Source of the DNA: Dimargaris cristalligena
Taxonomy: Eukaryota
Assembly (NCBI GenBank): GCA_003614675.1
Contig: ML002422.1
Span: 1-32,485 of the forward strand
DNA length: 32,485 nucleotides
Direction of reading: 5' to 3'
Below are positions 1 to 13,500 of the stretch, piece by piece. Positions within the stretch are counted from its first letter, which is position 1. Each line of letters begins with the position of its first letter. The position numbers were made by a program, and so were the translations under genes. The notes below the pieces were generated by a model. It had not been told where the DNA came from and searched no databases. It saw only the letters and a program-made list of their open reading frames with translations.

Positions 1-3000
1 GGGGTGCCGGAACAAGCTGGTATATTGTGCTACTAACTAGCTAGTGGGCCCAACTTGCCCGATGGACTTATGATCAGAGGGGGGCTTCCGATATTCTATT
101 CCTAACCTTGATGTGCAAAGCGTCAGCCGACACACAAGCCGATTTTATTGCACGGCCATGGGACGGGAAAGGTGTTATCCGATTATTATTATTTTTATTA
201 TTATTACTTTGTCATCCTAGGCAACCTGATCCGGGCTATTAGGTTGAGCGGGGGCCGCTATTGTTCGAGGTATTTCACCGAATAAATGAGTAGTATGTTC
301 CGGCATTATTTTTTTGGCCATGGGACGGGTATCCTCTAGTATTATTATTATGATTTTAATTTGGCATGTATGCGAGTTAAGGTCGATTGACATGCCAAGT
401 CAACTCGGCCTTATTAGAATTCCGACCGACAGCTGCGGGAAGTAGATCAAACCCCAATTATAAAAAAATCGCGCCGATCCGGAAAATGACCGCTTATTCG
501 AGTCGTGAGAGAACACACCTTATGCTGTTGGAAGCCGGGGGCGGTGACACCAATCGGCAGTATATGGAGTCCTCGGGCGACGAGCCATTGTCACCGGACG
601 ATAGAAATATTCTAAACCTTTAGGGTAAATCCTATATCCTACATCCTCCCCCCGTCAACCCACCCTACTCTAAATGGACTTTTAGAGGTGATGCATTTCA
701 ATGGCTTCACCCCGAAAAAAGGGATAGTGGAGTCCCCACATGCAAAGTGAGGGAGGGAAGAGCATGGGGCCCGGCAATTCGGACCCGTATAATAGAATAC
801 GGCACAACTGACCTATTATAGTAATAGTAGAGATAATCATTAAATAGACCAGAATAACACCCCCCCTCTACCTCCCTCTCCTCCTCGCCATACATAGCCC
901 ACATGGGGCTGGCAGAATATAGATAAATGTACAGGAGGAAAGGGCTGAGCCGACTAATGACATCACTGGCCTAGCGCGTTCGAGGTTGCGGAATCAGCCA
1001 TGAAAACTACTAAGTAGAACACCGACGTATCTCCAACATCAGGGTTATAACTGGTTTATGCGCTGCTACTCGCTAATATAATCCCTAAAGGATAAAGTTA
1101 CTGAGGGGTATGATCCGGAAAATACATAGGGAGGGTGCGGGCCACTATGCTGGTGCGATTGTTCTTAGGAATATGCTACCACAAAGAAACCTATCAATAT
1201 TCCATGGGCCGTCGAATTGTTTAAAGTTTTCACACCGCTTAACCCCCCTCCCCGCTTTACCAACATTTTCAAAAGCCGATGCCAACCCCGTGCTAGGCGA
1301 CGGTTCGCATGCCATCATTTTGCGGCTTAGTGATACATGGCTACCAATCTCCTTATAGGGTGGGGCAAAAACTGGCGCGAATAGTCATGGCATTTTCTCC
1401 GGCCACTGCCCCATTAATAAGTAACACCCCTTCATTAACCACTTGGTATTTACTACCGGAATTCCTGAGCCAAAAGTCTGCCTGGTCTGTGTCCTAAACT
1501 AACAACATAATGGCAATGTCCGAGGCGAGTTCCTGGCGTGGCATCCTAGAAATTTTGCTATAATAATTGCCTGTGAGACTGTCTTGTTAGACAAATGGGG
1601 TGGAGAAATTCTGATCGGATTTGCGCCGAGACTAATCTTCTCGAAGGTTTTTAGTAGGATGGGGAGCAGCCGAGGGGTGAGGGGTTCATGAAGAAGGGGG
1701 AGGTAGAATGACCATGGTCGCAACACCCACTACATAAAACGAGAATAGCGATCCGGGGTCCACTATTCTCGGTCTTGTCTTATGGCCATTAGTTCCGCGT
1801 CAAGCATATTCCATAATAGCATACGTTATGTAAGGCGGGGAAGGCGAGGGGGGCGCGGCTCATGGGTGAGCCGAATTCTCGGTCATAGAGCCCTCCCGAC
1901 ACCCGCCCTAGTCGGTGATATTCAAGTTACCTGTCCGCCTCTCCATCTAAGCTGACGACTGCGACAGCTGGTGACCCTCTCCTCACCTCTCCTCCACGCA
2001 TAACCCTTTATTACTCCATGGCCGCTGCATGGCCAGGGAGAAGGGGTGGAGCGGTCTCTAAGGCGGTAAAGGGGAAAATAAAAATACGCAAAGGTGGCTT
2101 TTTTGGCAACCGATACAAGTTCATCAATCTATCCAACTCGGAACAGCAGGATTCCACTCCCTTTTACTATTGCCACCTCCCTGCCTCCCACCCCATCCCT
2201 CTTCGCATTAATGATCCTTCTTCTAGATGCGGCAGCTGACGAACTCACTGAGGACTTTGTAAGAATTGTAGTTGGTATTTTGGCCCATTTCCCGCAGCAT
2301 GGGGGAATAATTGCGGTTATCCTGTCCGTTCCGTCCTTTGTAGTATTTATGTTTATGCACAGGTCATTCGATGGGGATAATGGGAGTTTCGAAAGAGAAA
2401 CTTGACCAGGCGGCCCCTTAGATGGTGCTATGGAGCGGGAAAAGGATTGCCAGCCGACCGGAATACCAGCTGTTTATAAAACATTTCCCGGTGCATTTCA
2501 ACGACAATTGGGAGGGGGGAAATAATAATGAACCGACTTTCTACTATAGACCACCTAATAGGACATTATACTTGGTGATGGTGATGGGAAAAGCGATGGG
2601 AGGGCCACACAACGGGGGTAGTGCAGAATTGTTTGGCATTGGGGCCGGTACAGACACACACTCACATACCCATCAGCCTAGGCTTCTTCCCGCCTCGAAA
2701 TGAGAAGGTCTTCCCAGGGTCCATCCCATCAGTGATAAACACCAATCTATCCCACCGACCATACGAATAAACGATTGGCTATAAACGTAAACGGGCCGGA
2801 GTAATAAAGTTCCCCTTACTATAACCTCAGCCTTTGATTTTATTACTCCCCGGGGATCATCCAACAATACATACACTGGTGCCTTTAGTTCAATATGGGA
2901 GAAGTTCATCCAAGCTGTACAACGAAAAATCCATTAAATTCGGCCAATATTACTAGTTAAAAATACATTCCCCATGTATTTTCCCATACACGTATAATGT

Positions 3001-3933
3001 AAACCCTTATATAACTGGGCCGAATTTCACCCATATTCTATGTGTGTATACACGTATATAAATATATGATGTATGAAACTCGTTGACTTAATCCCATTCA
3101 CATGCTTTGTCACGACTTTAAAAGAAATTAAAACAACAATATAAAAATATACCACAAGTATTTCATAGTGGCGCTCAAGCTGTCTTTCGCGTTCCCACTC
3201 GCGCCCCACCGGCTATTGTAATAAAGGGGACCGTCGCCGGTAACCCAGTTTTTTTTTTTTGGCGTACAGTGATGCCAAGTTTTACGGCCTACATGGTCGG
3301 AAATTGGCTAAGCCGCCGTCCCTTATTTTTGTTGCCGGTAGAGAGGACCCGATAATACTGGGGATTCCGTGAATAGAGCGATGGGCCGCAGTTAAGCACA
3401 CCAAAGCACTCCTAAAAACCAGTAGGTCGAAGGTGAGGGGAGGGATGAGGAGGAAGGGGCAATTTTTCGGCGGGAAAGTCGGAGATTCCTATCATTAAGC
3501 TGCCTTGTAAGGTGTATTTGGCCCTTAAAAAACCCCAATGGCGACAGGTACTTCGGGACTAAGCCATTGTGAATGGCATCGCATCTTTCTCCCAGGATTG
3601 GTTATGATAAAAGGTATTATTACCATATATCGGCATTGCCGGGGAGAAGGGAATATAAAGGCAAATTTTGATCAGGCAAATGCCCAGCATACCATGCCAA
3701 TGGGGTCATGTACGGATTTTCCGAGACATCCTTCACCTAGGATCATCTTCCAATCCATATTATCACTAATGAATTCGCTTACCGAAAATGCCATTTTTCT
3801 TGAAACTATACTTCCACTTTCCACGATGGCGGATGAATATGGGAACTACCAACTGACTCTTTGCGTTGGCCCTCGTGAGGGGATAATTGTACAATGAAAG
3901 CGTTAATGTAAATGACTGGACACGGAAAAGGAA

Positions 3934-3958
3934 AGGCGAGGCGAGGCGAGGCGGGGCG
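3934..3958. repeat. (AGGCG)4-5 pentanucleotide repeat
   Basis: AGGCG x4 at 3934-3953, followed by GGGCG. Confidence 0.85.
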
Positions 3959-6900
3959 TAGTAGACCCTTCCAAGGAAATGTAAATCCGACCAACCGACC
4001 GACTAGAAGACCATGCGCCCCCAACTCGGCATTTCTACTGGCCAACGCCATTTCTCTGGGCTTTCGACCTTCACATCATAACTCTGCAGGAGTTAATGGC
4101 CAAGCTTGGCCTCATCCTCATTGCTATTATGGTCTGCCTAATAGTAAAGGGCAGTTTTGAAAATATGAAACACGGTGGATTTCGATTTGATATTAGAACA
4201 CTTGTGAATCGTTGCCGGTCACTTTATTGATAAACATCACCTTAATGCTATACAGTGCTTTTTGGAGAAAAATAACTTCGTCCCCCCAACGTACAAAAAT
4301 CGCTCGGGAAAACTAATTCCCCCCGCCCCCACTATCGGTGATCCGCCGGTATATGGCTTGACTTGGTTTACCACCACCTAAAGTGGGCAGGGGGAATCCC
4401 CCCCATTGAACTTCGCTGTCCTTATTCATATATACACTGTCTTTTAGATTATTGCGTCTATAGTATTGCCGCCCTACTATGTCAATACACGCCTCCTCCG
4501 AGCGCAGTAAGATTAAGGAAAACGGGTTACGGTATTAGTTTTACCGCTGCCGGTACCGGTGACCTGCATGGATACTGCACCAAGGCTCAACTGCCAATTT
4601 GGTCGCGGTCTCAACGGTGCAGGGCCAAGCCAGGATGCAGTGGCGTCTCTGTGAGTGGGTGGGTGTGTTCTTTCGGTTCGGTAATAGGTTTTGGGCCATA
4701 TGGCCGTCCCATTCCCCACTCCCCGTAGTGGTTGCATTAGTAATGAACGTCAATAGATAGGAAACGGGTGATTCGATTCATAAGTCCTCTTACACTATGT
4801 TATATTAGGGAGGCGGCAATTTGACCAGAACCGTAAGCCCCAGCATTCCCTCACTAGTCGATCAAGGAAGGGGTCACTATTTTCAAGGCAACGTTCATTG
4901 CCCCACGGCGTCAACCCTTTGGGCCAGCTACTACGCAGTAGTTAAGGTACATTAACCGACATGGCATACACACATATACCCCATCACATTATACAGCTAT
5001 TCTTTATGCTAATCGTCTATTAAAACGCCTATTTGTTTAAAAGGTAAGGCCCGATATCGCAAACACATCCAAATATCCCATCGAGTGTATAAATGGTTTG
5101 CAGATATTAAGAATATATCCGACAATCAATTAGCACGTTTAATTGAAAAGAGTAGCGTATGGAAGGAATGGTTTTTGATTTACTGATGCCTTTGGACTAC
5201 GGGCCAAGGACCAGTTGGACTCCCGAATACGTTGTGGTATGAAAATAGGAACGGGAAAGGGTGGTATGTGTTTTACCTCCCCCCCTCCCCGTCAGGTGGC
5301 CGTATTTCAAGTGAGCCCCCCTCCCCATCCACCCACTACCTCATTTATTAATGAGGGAGGGTGGACGTATAGTCACATATACTTCCCTCCCTCCCCTCTC
5401 CCCCTTCCCCCAAAATTCAGACTCCCTTCCATGGGATCAATTTCTGGAAGGCCTCCGCAACCCTATTTTTCTCGTTACCTTTTTCCTATTCGCCGAACTC
5501 CCCTTTCGTCACCCACCAAGTATAGCAACTGCGTTCCGAAAACCAGCTTGCCCCAACTCATAAATCGGTCAGGCGATCGGACTTGACGGCCACCCTGCGG
5601 TACACTGTCCCACCCATTTCCTGGCAAATGCACCCCCCCCCTGTAGTTATCCATATCAAGTTGGACAAACGGCAAACATGAATTGGTCAGTCGCTGCACA
5701 GAAGGGGAAGATGGAGCACGGTGCGACCGGATATGAATAATCTGGCGCTAAGGTCAACCCCAGCAGTGGTGGGCGCAGACGGCTCGCACAAATGGAACCA
5801 CAGGAGAGGGAGGATAGTTATACGAACCAAGAAATGTATCCTCCGTGTCCATTTACTATAGTATGATCTTGGCCATTGTCTTGATTAAGTTGTGGTCTCG
5901 GAAATTCAATTCCAGCACTGCCTTCCTTCCCGAGCCTCTTCTACTTCCGTAGCCATCACTAGAGCAAGCAACGGAGCCACCCGTCCTCTAATGGTAAGTC
6001 GACCAAAATCAGCCCATGTGTATCACTATAGAAAATGATAAATAGTTCCCAAAAACGACCATAATTGACGAAATCGGAGGGTTTAATGGGACCACAAGGC
6101 GTCTCGCTCGGTCGAGCCTTCTCACTGTGAGGAACTTGGAAGCCGAAGTGAGGTCAATGGTGGGAGGCTTTACGGAAGGGGGTCGTGATCAAAGAGGCGG
6201 TTGATTAAACAAATAGCATCCCCCTCAAAAATGACCAACACACAAATGGTTCAATTTACAAGGGCACTTTTGAATCTATGGACCAACTAATATTAAGTCG
6301 AATGGCCGAGGAAGGGCCACGAATTAAAACACAACCTCGTAGGTTAGGCCGTCTTTTATCAAACACCCTACTTGATCTAGTGATCGTAGGGTATTCCAGA
6401 TGGCCCGTTATCTGCGACCGAACCTCTCTGAGGTCATAATCTGCTCCATAATATCCGGTTCTACCGACGACGAATGTTCCTTTTAGGCCATGGGCATGGA
6501 ACTATGTATGTAAGAAAAGTAGGAGTGCGCGCCAAGTGCCACTGGCCGCATTGTGAAGCAAGTGACTAAGGGCAGTCATGACTCCCGGTCACAACCACCA
6601 CTACCTAGGGCTCGCCTGACATTGGCCATGAGGTCATTGAAAAAAGGGGCAGTATACCCTTTGACAGGTGCTGGGAAGAATGACCACTACAGTGATCTAC
6701 TGTATAGTAGAGATTGGAGTGTGGGTATTTTCGGAGAATTTGGCCTAATCAGGAGGACTCCTGATCAAAGCCAAGGAATCTCTGTAGGAAAACTATAGAA
6801 TACTAGGAGGAATAATTGAACATTAGAGTTCGGCTAAAGAAACCAGGCTAAGGCCATTTCAGTTTGACCTCACATCATACTACCCCACCCTCATCACACT

Positions 6901-8887
6901 CTATCCCCCACGTGTGTCCAGTATTGGCTCTCTTCCTTGCCAGCCTTATTGGACCCATCAACACAACCGGGACTGTGATAATAAGCGGCTAAACGAAGTT
7001 ATGGACTCACTTATTTGACAAGGTAGAACAATACCAGTTGGCTGCAGACCTCATAACCAGGCGAGATCCCCCCATATGTCGGTAGAATGGGGGTCGTGGG
7101 GGACTCTTGGCGCCTTTGGATGAGATTATTCATGGATCAAAGTGAGGAATAAAAAGTAGAGAGGGGGACAAAGTGGCGACCTAGGCGACCCTCGGATAAT
7201 TTTGTTACTAGGCTGGGTGAATCGATTGACCTTACTATTATTTTTTGATAAAGCCCTGCATTATGGGTTATTGCGATTTGCTTCATTTCACGAGGGCGCC
7301 CTCGAAGAAGTCGACCAGGCATCCATTATAGAATTAATCGCTCAAGGCTAGACCAACTCCCCACTTCAACCGCCGGCTATCCAATACCTGGCATGGATAT
7401 TAGTGGCTATTCAACAAGAGTAGGTAGCTTCGCCGATATATTTTAATTTAGTGACAAGATGTCACCAGCCAGGCATCCCGTCTAAACATTTTAAGCCCAA
7501 CGTGTATAGGGCAGCGTCTCTTTGCCGGGATAAAGTGCCAGAGGTGCAGGTCCAGTTTATTAAAAAGCGGAAATCGGGGACCTCTAAAAAAATCGGCGAG
7601 CGTTTGGTGATGGTTATTGATTCGGCCAAGTTGAAGTGGGGGAGTATTAATCAACAGGGAATGAGTGGATATACTCCCTAAACCTGCCGTATACTATTTT
7701 ACCATGTTGCCTATTTTTATCAACAAAGGCGTCTTATAATTATAATCACGATGATGATATTGGCGAATGAGTTCAAAAGGCTGGAATGGGGTAGGGATAT
7801 CAACCAGCCTCCGAGCCGCCAATCGTAGACGATGGTTGTAATATGGTTGAAATGAAAGGGTTCATGGTATCCCTATCCCTACATTGTCCCAACTTTTCCG
7901 ATTGAGCCAGGGGTTTTTGACAAACGATTAGATTTAGGTATGTCCAAAGCAAAGGCCAGTTACTGGTCTTTAGCCGATGATCGATGAAGACCAAATTCAA
8001 TGTGTTTTGCTGATTGACCATTTTGATGACCTCACCCTAAATACATTTTCCCTTGATATTTCTGAGGTAATTCGTTTTAAAAACTCATTATGTTAATAGA
8101 GGGGAAAGAAAAGAATTTCCGTAAAAATATATCTTTCCCCGAAGTAGAGAGGAAAAATTTTCATGCGAAAATTTGTTTCTCAATCTTTCTCCGTATTTTA
8201 TTCCTTCCTACCATCCGGCCCTATTTCGTTATTATATTGTTCCTGTCAAAATTTGTCTCTGCCGTGTTCTTTTCATATGTGCACGACGACTTCGGTTATT
8301 ATAGACCGTGGACTTGTCCATTGTGCGAAATAAGCATCGCCAATAAATAACAAAACGTCGACGGCATCTATTAACGATAATAGAAAGAGACAATAAGGTT
8401 TGGACAGGTCACACTCCCCTCCCCTCTTTCCCCTACTTCACACCTTTTACACAATGCCTCGCCCAGAGTGTGGATGAAAACGCCTAACCCCTATTTGGGA
8501 AGTAGGATAGTAGCGGATACGATTTATTGGTCAACAAATTTACGCTTGTAAACGAACGACTGGTTCTAAAATACTTTCCTTCTCAGATATACAGCCTATT
8601 CTGGCAAGAATACTCATTAACCCCCCCCCCCACCTCGTGGCCGAACCCCCATGCCTATTTGATCCTTTAAGTTGACTGATACGTAGACTACATAATCCGG
8701 CAGGTGATTGCGGTAATCAACGGAGTGGGGAACAGTGGGGTCGGAAAGGGTCGGTGGTCACAACGGCTCGCAACCATCTATGTATCTACCAGTGGGACCT
8801 ACGATTGGTTTTTTTAGTAGACTACGGTACGGCGCGCCATGTTTTATGGCCCATCTCCCTAAATAAATTTCAGTGACCTAGTTCACA

Positions 8888-8992
8888 CCCCCCCCTCCCT
8901 CCCTCCCTAATATGCCCTCCCTATACCCTTCCCCCCTCTCCACTCCACTCCGTTCCTCTCCTCGCCTTACCCTACCCCCTCCCCTTTTTTTT
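8888..8992. repeat. Low-complexity C/T-rich tract including (CCCT)n
   Basis: About 105 nt that are almost entirely pyrimidine on the + strand, with multiple C runs. Confidence 0.8.
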
Positions 8993-11900
8993 CGGGTACC
9001 CATTCATTCCTAGTATCGGTAGTACTACGAATATTAGGTAACACCCCAGGAGACCGCTTCGAGATGGAGTAATCTTTCTCATCACCCTTATCATGCTCTT
9101 TACCGCTCTTGCGGGTCGAGAGCTCGTGCCCCCCTATTCGCTAGCCGAGTCCGTTACACAGTCTATCAGGTGCATGACCCAGAAGGAAGGTGTGAGGTCA
9201 TTATTGACGGGTAATACGTGAATGGCTTGGGCGGGTTGGGCTCGGAAGTGAAAGGGGGAGGGGGCATCCGATTCAAGAAATAATTTATCAGCATTTAGGT
9301 GACATACGTATAGTACAAATATAAATATATAATGCGATTTTGGGGGAGTTGGGGCTAAAGGAATGCGACTGTAAGTTTTACAGGTACTTACAGTAGATTG
9401 ATGGATTAGTCTAGGGTTTCAATCGCCAAGGCTCAATCTATACTGCAAGTCGTCCATGGAGTTAAAGAAGGTTCGGTTGACCCATTCACCAATGCTTACC
9501 ATGCCTACGTAACTAATAGCACTGGCGGTATCATCGCTAGAGTAGTCTAAAAATAAGGTGCGTGCGGGGAGTACACGGCTGTGAATCTATATACTCCTTA
9601 CATATGGCCAAACCCAAGTATAGTTGCATATCGGTGCACGTATATACATGTATGAGTACTGATGCGTAAATGGTAGAGCCGGCTAGGTTGAAGATACCGT
9701 AGCTAGCCAGTGTTATCTTTTACAATTCACACCAATATTCCCCCTTGACCACCCAACCTTCCTATTTCCAATGCCAACCGGAGTCTTTATACAGATACCG
9801 CCCTGTTCAGGCCGTCGGTTAAAGCATGAAACATGTGTAACCCCTTTAGCATCTTCCACCATTGGCCATCCCATACATCATTTACAAAATATAAGGAAAA
9901 TTGAGGAGAGGAAGTTAAGTGTGTCCTACGGTGGCTAGCGCGCCGTACCTCTTTTATTGGACATCGCGAAGGTTAGTCCGAAGACGGATCCGTAATTCCC
10001 CCCCCCCTCAATTCTAGTTAAATGGGAATTGTCCAACTTGGGGTTGGGAGAGAGAGAGATAGAGGCAATGCGGCTGAGAAAAAATAAATAAAGACGGGTC
10101 CGTGACTGGCCTTTGGGTGCTCTGCTATGACCTACGCAATTCAAATGAGGAAAGATCCGCCCCGCCTCGTTGTGGTTGAAAATTGTGGGCCGTCTTTTTC
10201 TACATTTTCCGATTTCTTTATTTATACTGGTTTCCCATAAATTGGGGTTTCTAAGAGAGAGGAGGAAGAGGGGGCTGGGGAAGAGGCGGGGGGAGAGTGG
10301 TACATAAAGTGTGGGAGAAGGGCGGTCCAACCGCGTCACAACGTGGTCGTTCGGGAGGTTTGTTGAGCGGTAAAGATCTGGCCAGTCTGCAGTATATAAC
10401 ATATAACATAATAAAACCTTACACCAGGTTCATTGCATTCTACTGTATATATATATCAGCTATGCAAGTAGGTGTAATTTCTAGAAGGTGAGCCCCAAAA
10501 TAGCCGTGCAATCTGGCCATACCCCATGCACTGAGGTTATACGTGCAGGTTCAAACAATTGGCTGACCTGTACTGATGATGCACCGAGTGCTCGTCACCG
10601 TGACAGCCCTTCACAGTTCACTTGGCTTAACTCAGAAGTCCAATTCAATCGAACTTGCGCATCCACAGCCATATGCATTATACCTACGAAAGGCCAGTCG
10701 AGCAATATGCTCGAAGCTACAGCTACCAACATGCTCAAAAATACTTGAACTTGCTGTCTAGAGGAAATTGTTACGCAACGGAGTTTCGACTTTTGGTCCC
10801 CCCACTTATTATCGGCACAGCTGAACTCTCCCACTTTCCCATGCGTGAGCTGTGCCTGTAGTATTCTTACCTCATCTTCCGGTTAGCGCACTGCTAGGTG
10901 CAGAAATATCTGGAGGTCTGAAGCACATTGTCGCCCTGGGTTGCAAAAAAATGGCGCAGAATAGGTGCCGAGTGTGGTCGTCACATAAGTGGCTTTTTTG
11001 CCTATCTGACTAAATCCCCCACCATGCTTTAATAAATGGATTAGCCGCATAGTCTCGTTTTCTTCTTCAGAGTGGTTTCTCTCTCTCCCCCCCTCCACCT
11101 CCCCTTTTTCTCTCTATTTTTTTTGACATTTCGTTGCAACTTACAGCAGTGGCTCTTGCATTTTAATTACTGCACAAACCCAAAAGAAAAACAATATACT
11201 GCTTAGTATTACTTTTTTGGGCGATCCCTATGGGTACCTTGAACTCGAAATTGAACAGTTGGGTACTATCCGAGCTGACTCGAACAATCTGCAGGACTGC
11301 CGAAATTTGCTCAATGGAGCTGCGGTATAATGTCGACTCAATCTTGGGATTTTTTTTCGAATTCTACGGCGAGGTTAAGGAAGATATTGAATTAGGGGGT
11401 TTTCGATTGTTTTATAAAAATTGTCGAAATGCAACTCGTGCATTAACTCCGGAAACTCAACCTGGATTAAAGATGCTGGTGCTTTAGGACATTTCCCACT
11501 ACAGAAGATAATACGATAAGCCCATCCTACCACCCTACACTAGTTGTGCTGAAATTATAGCATATCCCGTATTAGAAAGCAAAATACTTCCAATGGAAAG
11601 CTGAGAAATTGAGGAGCAGTGATTAAGAGACCAGGGTCCAAGTAATAATAGAGAGTCGATTGAAGAATCTGTGAGGCCATTCTCTAAGCACATTACTGGG
11701 CTGTGGAAGGTTCAGTGGAAACGGCCTAATCTCGAAATGATCCTTTGACTTTGCTTAGTAACAAACCAGCCAGGAATTGAGCGCGGGACCGCCGAATACA
11801 GCACCCATTTCCTAAATAGTACAGGCTGGTGCGGAAATATCTTACTTGATCTGAAGGCCCCTCCTGAATACTCTACTATACAACGTTTATCGATTAGCAA

Positions 11901-12113
11901 TGCTTCTGGAGCGAACATGTGAAATCAATGTTCCCTCGCTGACCCCCCAAAAGTGCTACTTTGGCTTAACCTACCCTCTATTAGCCATTACAATAGACTA
12001 TTCGCACCATCAGACCGCTGCACCTTATATTAGACTTGGATTACTATAACTTTCCTAGGTGACGAGCATTATTAGTGCCTGGGATCTATCTATCGTCAAT
12101 CGGGAATCGAGTC

Positions 12114-12138
12114 CTCTCTCTCTCTCTCTCTCTCTCTC
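12114..12138. repeat. (CT)12 microsatellite
   Basis: Read directly from the sequence. Confidence 0.95.
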
Positions 12139-13468
12139 GCCAATGCAAAGGCCATTTTGGTGGAGGTGACCTGTGATGCCGTCCGAAAAACCATATGACC
12201 AACATTTTATCCTTTGTCCTCCTCTGTCTCCTCCTATTTCTCCTTCCCGCCTTCTTCTCCCCACTGGTCCATTTAGTCCCCGCATCCCAATCGGCCTCTA
12301 CCAAGGTAGGCGCATTGAGTGGACCACCATCACACACTTAAGCTTACACTTACACCTACACATATGCTCGCTCGCACATGCCCATTCTTTCCCATCGACC
12401 AGAACATAGAATACAACACGGAACCGCTGCAGTCACGCCGACCAGTTTGGTATAATGGCGATGATATCAGCCCGGTTTGCCTAAACATGGATCGACCCAC
12501 CGATGAACCCGACGACCAGCTGAGCAGTCCGGCCACGATGGTCAGGCGACCACCAGAATAGATGCCCTCTCTCTGGTTGCAGTGTACAATGGGGGAGTGG
12601 GAATTTTCTGTTCAGAGAAATAGGGGGACGGTATAATATCTATAAAAGAAGTTTGGGCAATATATTAGCTTACCCGACCGGCTGACATGTTCGCCCCCGA
12701 TATGATCTGCTAGTAAACTGGGTTGAATGTGCCCCGGTTTTTTTTTTTTTTGGATATTGAATCTTAGGGGAGGGGCAGGTCGCGGCCAACGTCTGGACTC
12801 GCTGGGAGGGAAGAATGAAGGGAGAGGGGAGTACAGCTTTAATTTAAAGTTACCGATACTGGCCATCGATGAAGGAATTACGAGAGAGTAGAAGAAGGGG
12901 GCTTCCGGGCGCATTCCCATGTAAAGGTCAGGGAAGTGATATGTGGGACATTGATATGAATACAGATGAATCCCACCTTGCCTTCCGGGCTAATATTGTG
13001 CTTTTATATATATATATATCAGATTATTAGGTATACGACACGGTTGATCAAATTGCCGCACGACTATAACTCATGGACCGGAGTACTGGACAGTGCCGAA
13101 GAGACCGATACTTATAATGGTAACGACACCTATTGGGTTCGTGTATGGGTAAATACTCCAAGATGGAATACGGATGAGCCGACGTGTTTCAGGTAGATTC
13201 TTTAGGTATTATTTATCATCAAAGTGATAGGGCCAGTTCGGATGGGATGGGGTAGGGTGAGAAACGTAGACGGGGAAAAAGGGAGATGAACAGGTATGTG
13301 AAGTGGAGGACACCTTGTCCCCAATATGGCGGACAAAAGGGGAGGGGGGAGGTGGCAGGAAAATGGTATATATGAAAGATAGACAAGTTAGTGTGAGGAA
13401 CACGTCCACCCCCCTCTAAGTGGTGAGGCAGGGGAATATAAATGAGTGTGCTGGTGTGAGCGAGCGAA

Positions 13469-13494
<26 letters not shown>
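13469..13494. repeat. (AG)13 microsatellite
   Basis: Read directly from the sequence. Confidence 0.95.

Positions 13495-13500
<6 letters not shown>

Noticed and set aside
151..183. CACGGCCATGGGAC...GAAAG resembling the 5' end of fungal 5S rRNA
   Set aside because: The similarity stops after about 20 nt and runs into (ATT)n, with no internal control region or 3' half.
3538..3897. 119-aa ATG-initiated ORF (likewise 2094-2405, 25431-25790, 25777-26313)
   Set aside because: No recognisable domain and none of the C-ending codon bias seen in the real gene. The lengths are compatible with random ORFs.
7291..7304. Perfect 14-bp palindrome CGAGGGCGCCCTCG (also a 9-bp-arm hairpin at 1740-1771)
   Set aside because: A couple of palindromes and hairpins of this size are expected by chance in 32 kb.
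7977..8069. Short frame MIDEDQIQCVLLIDHFDDL resembling a Walker B motif
   Set aside because: It is only about 30 codons bounded by stops, lacks the catalytic Glu and has no Walker A upstream.
9293..9304. ATTTAGGTGACA matching the start of the SP6 promoter (vector contamination?)
   Set aside because: The match breaks before CTATAG and there is no polylinker or vector sequence nearby.
10573..10597. CTGATGA plus a hairpin as a hammerhead ribozyme core (similar at 2236 and 19782)
   Set aside because: The required GAAA after stem II is missing at all three sites.
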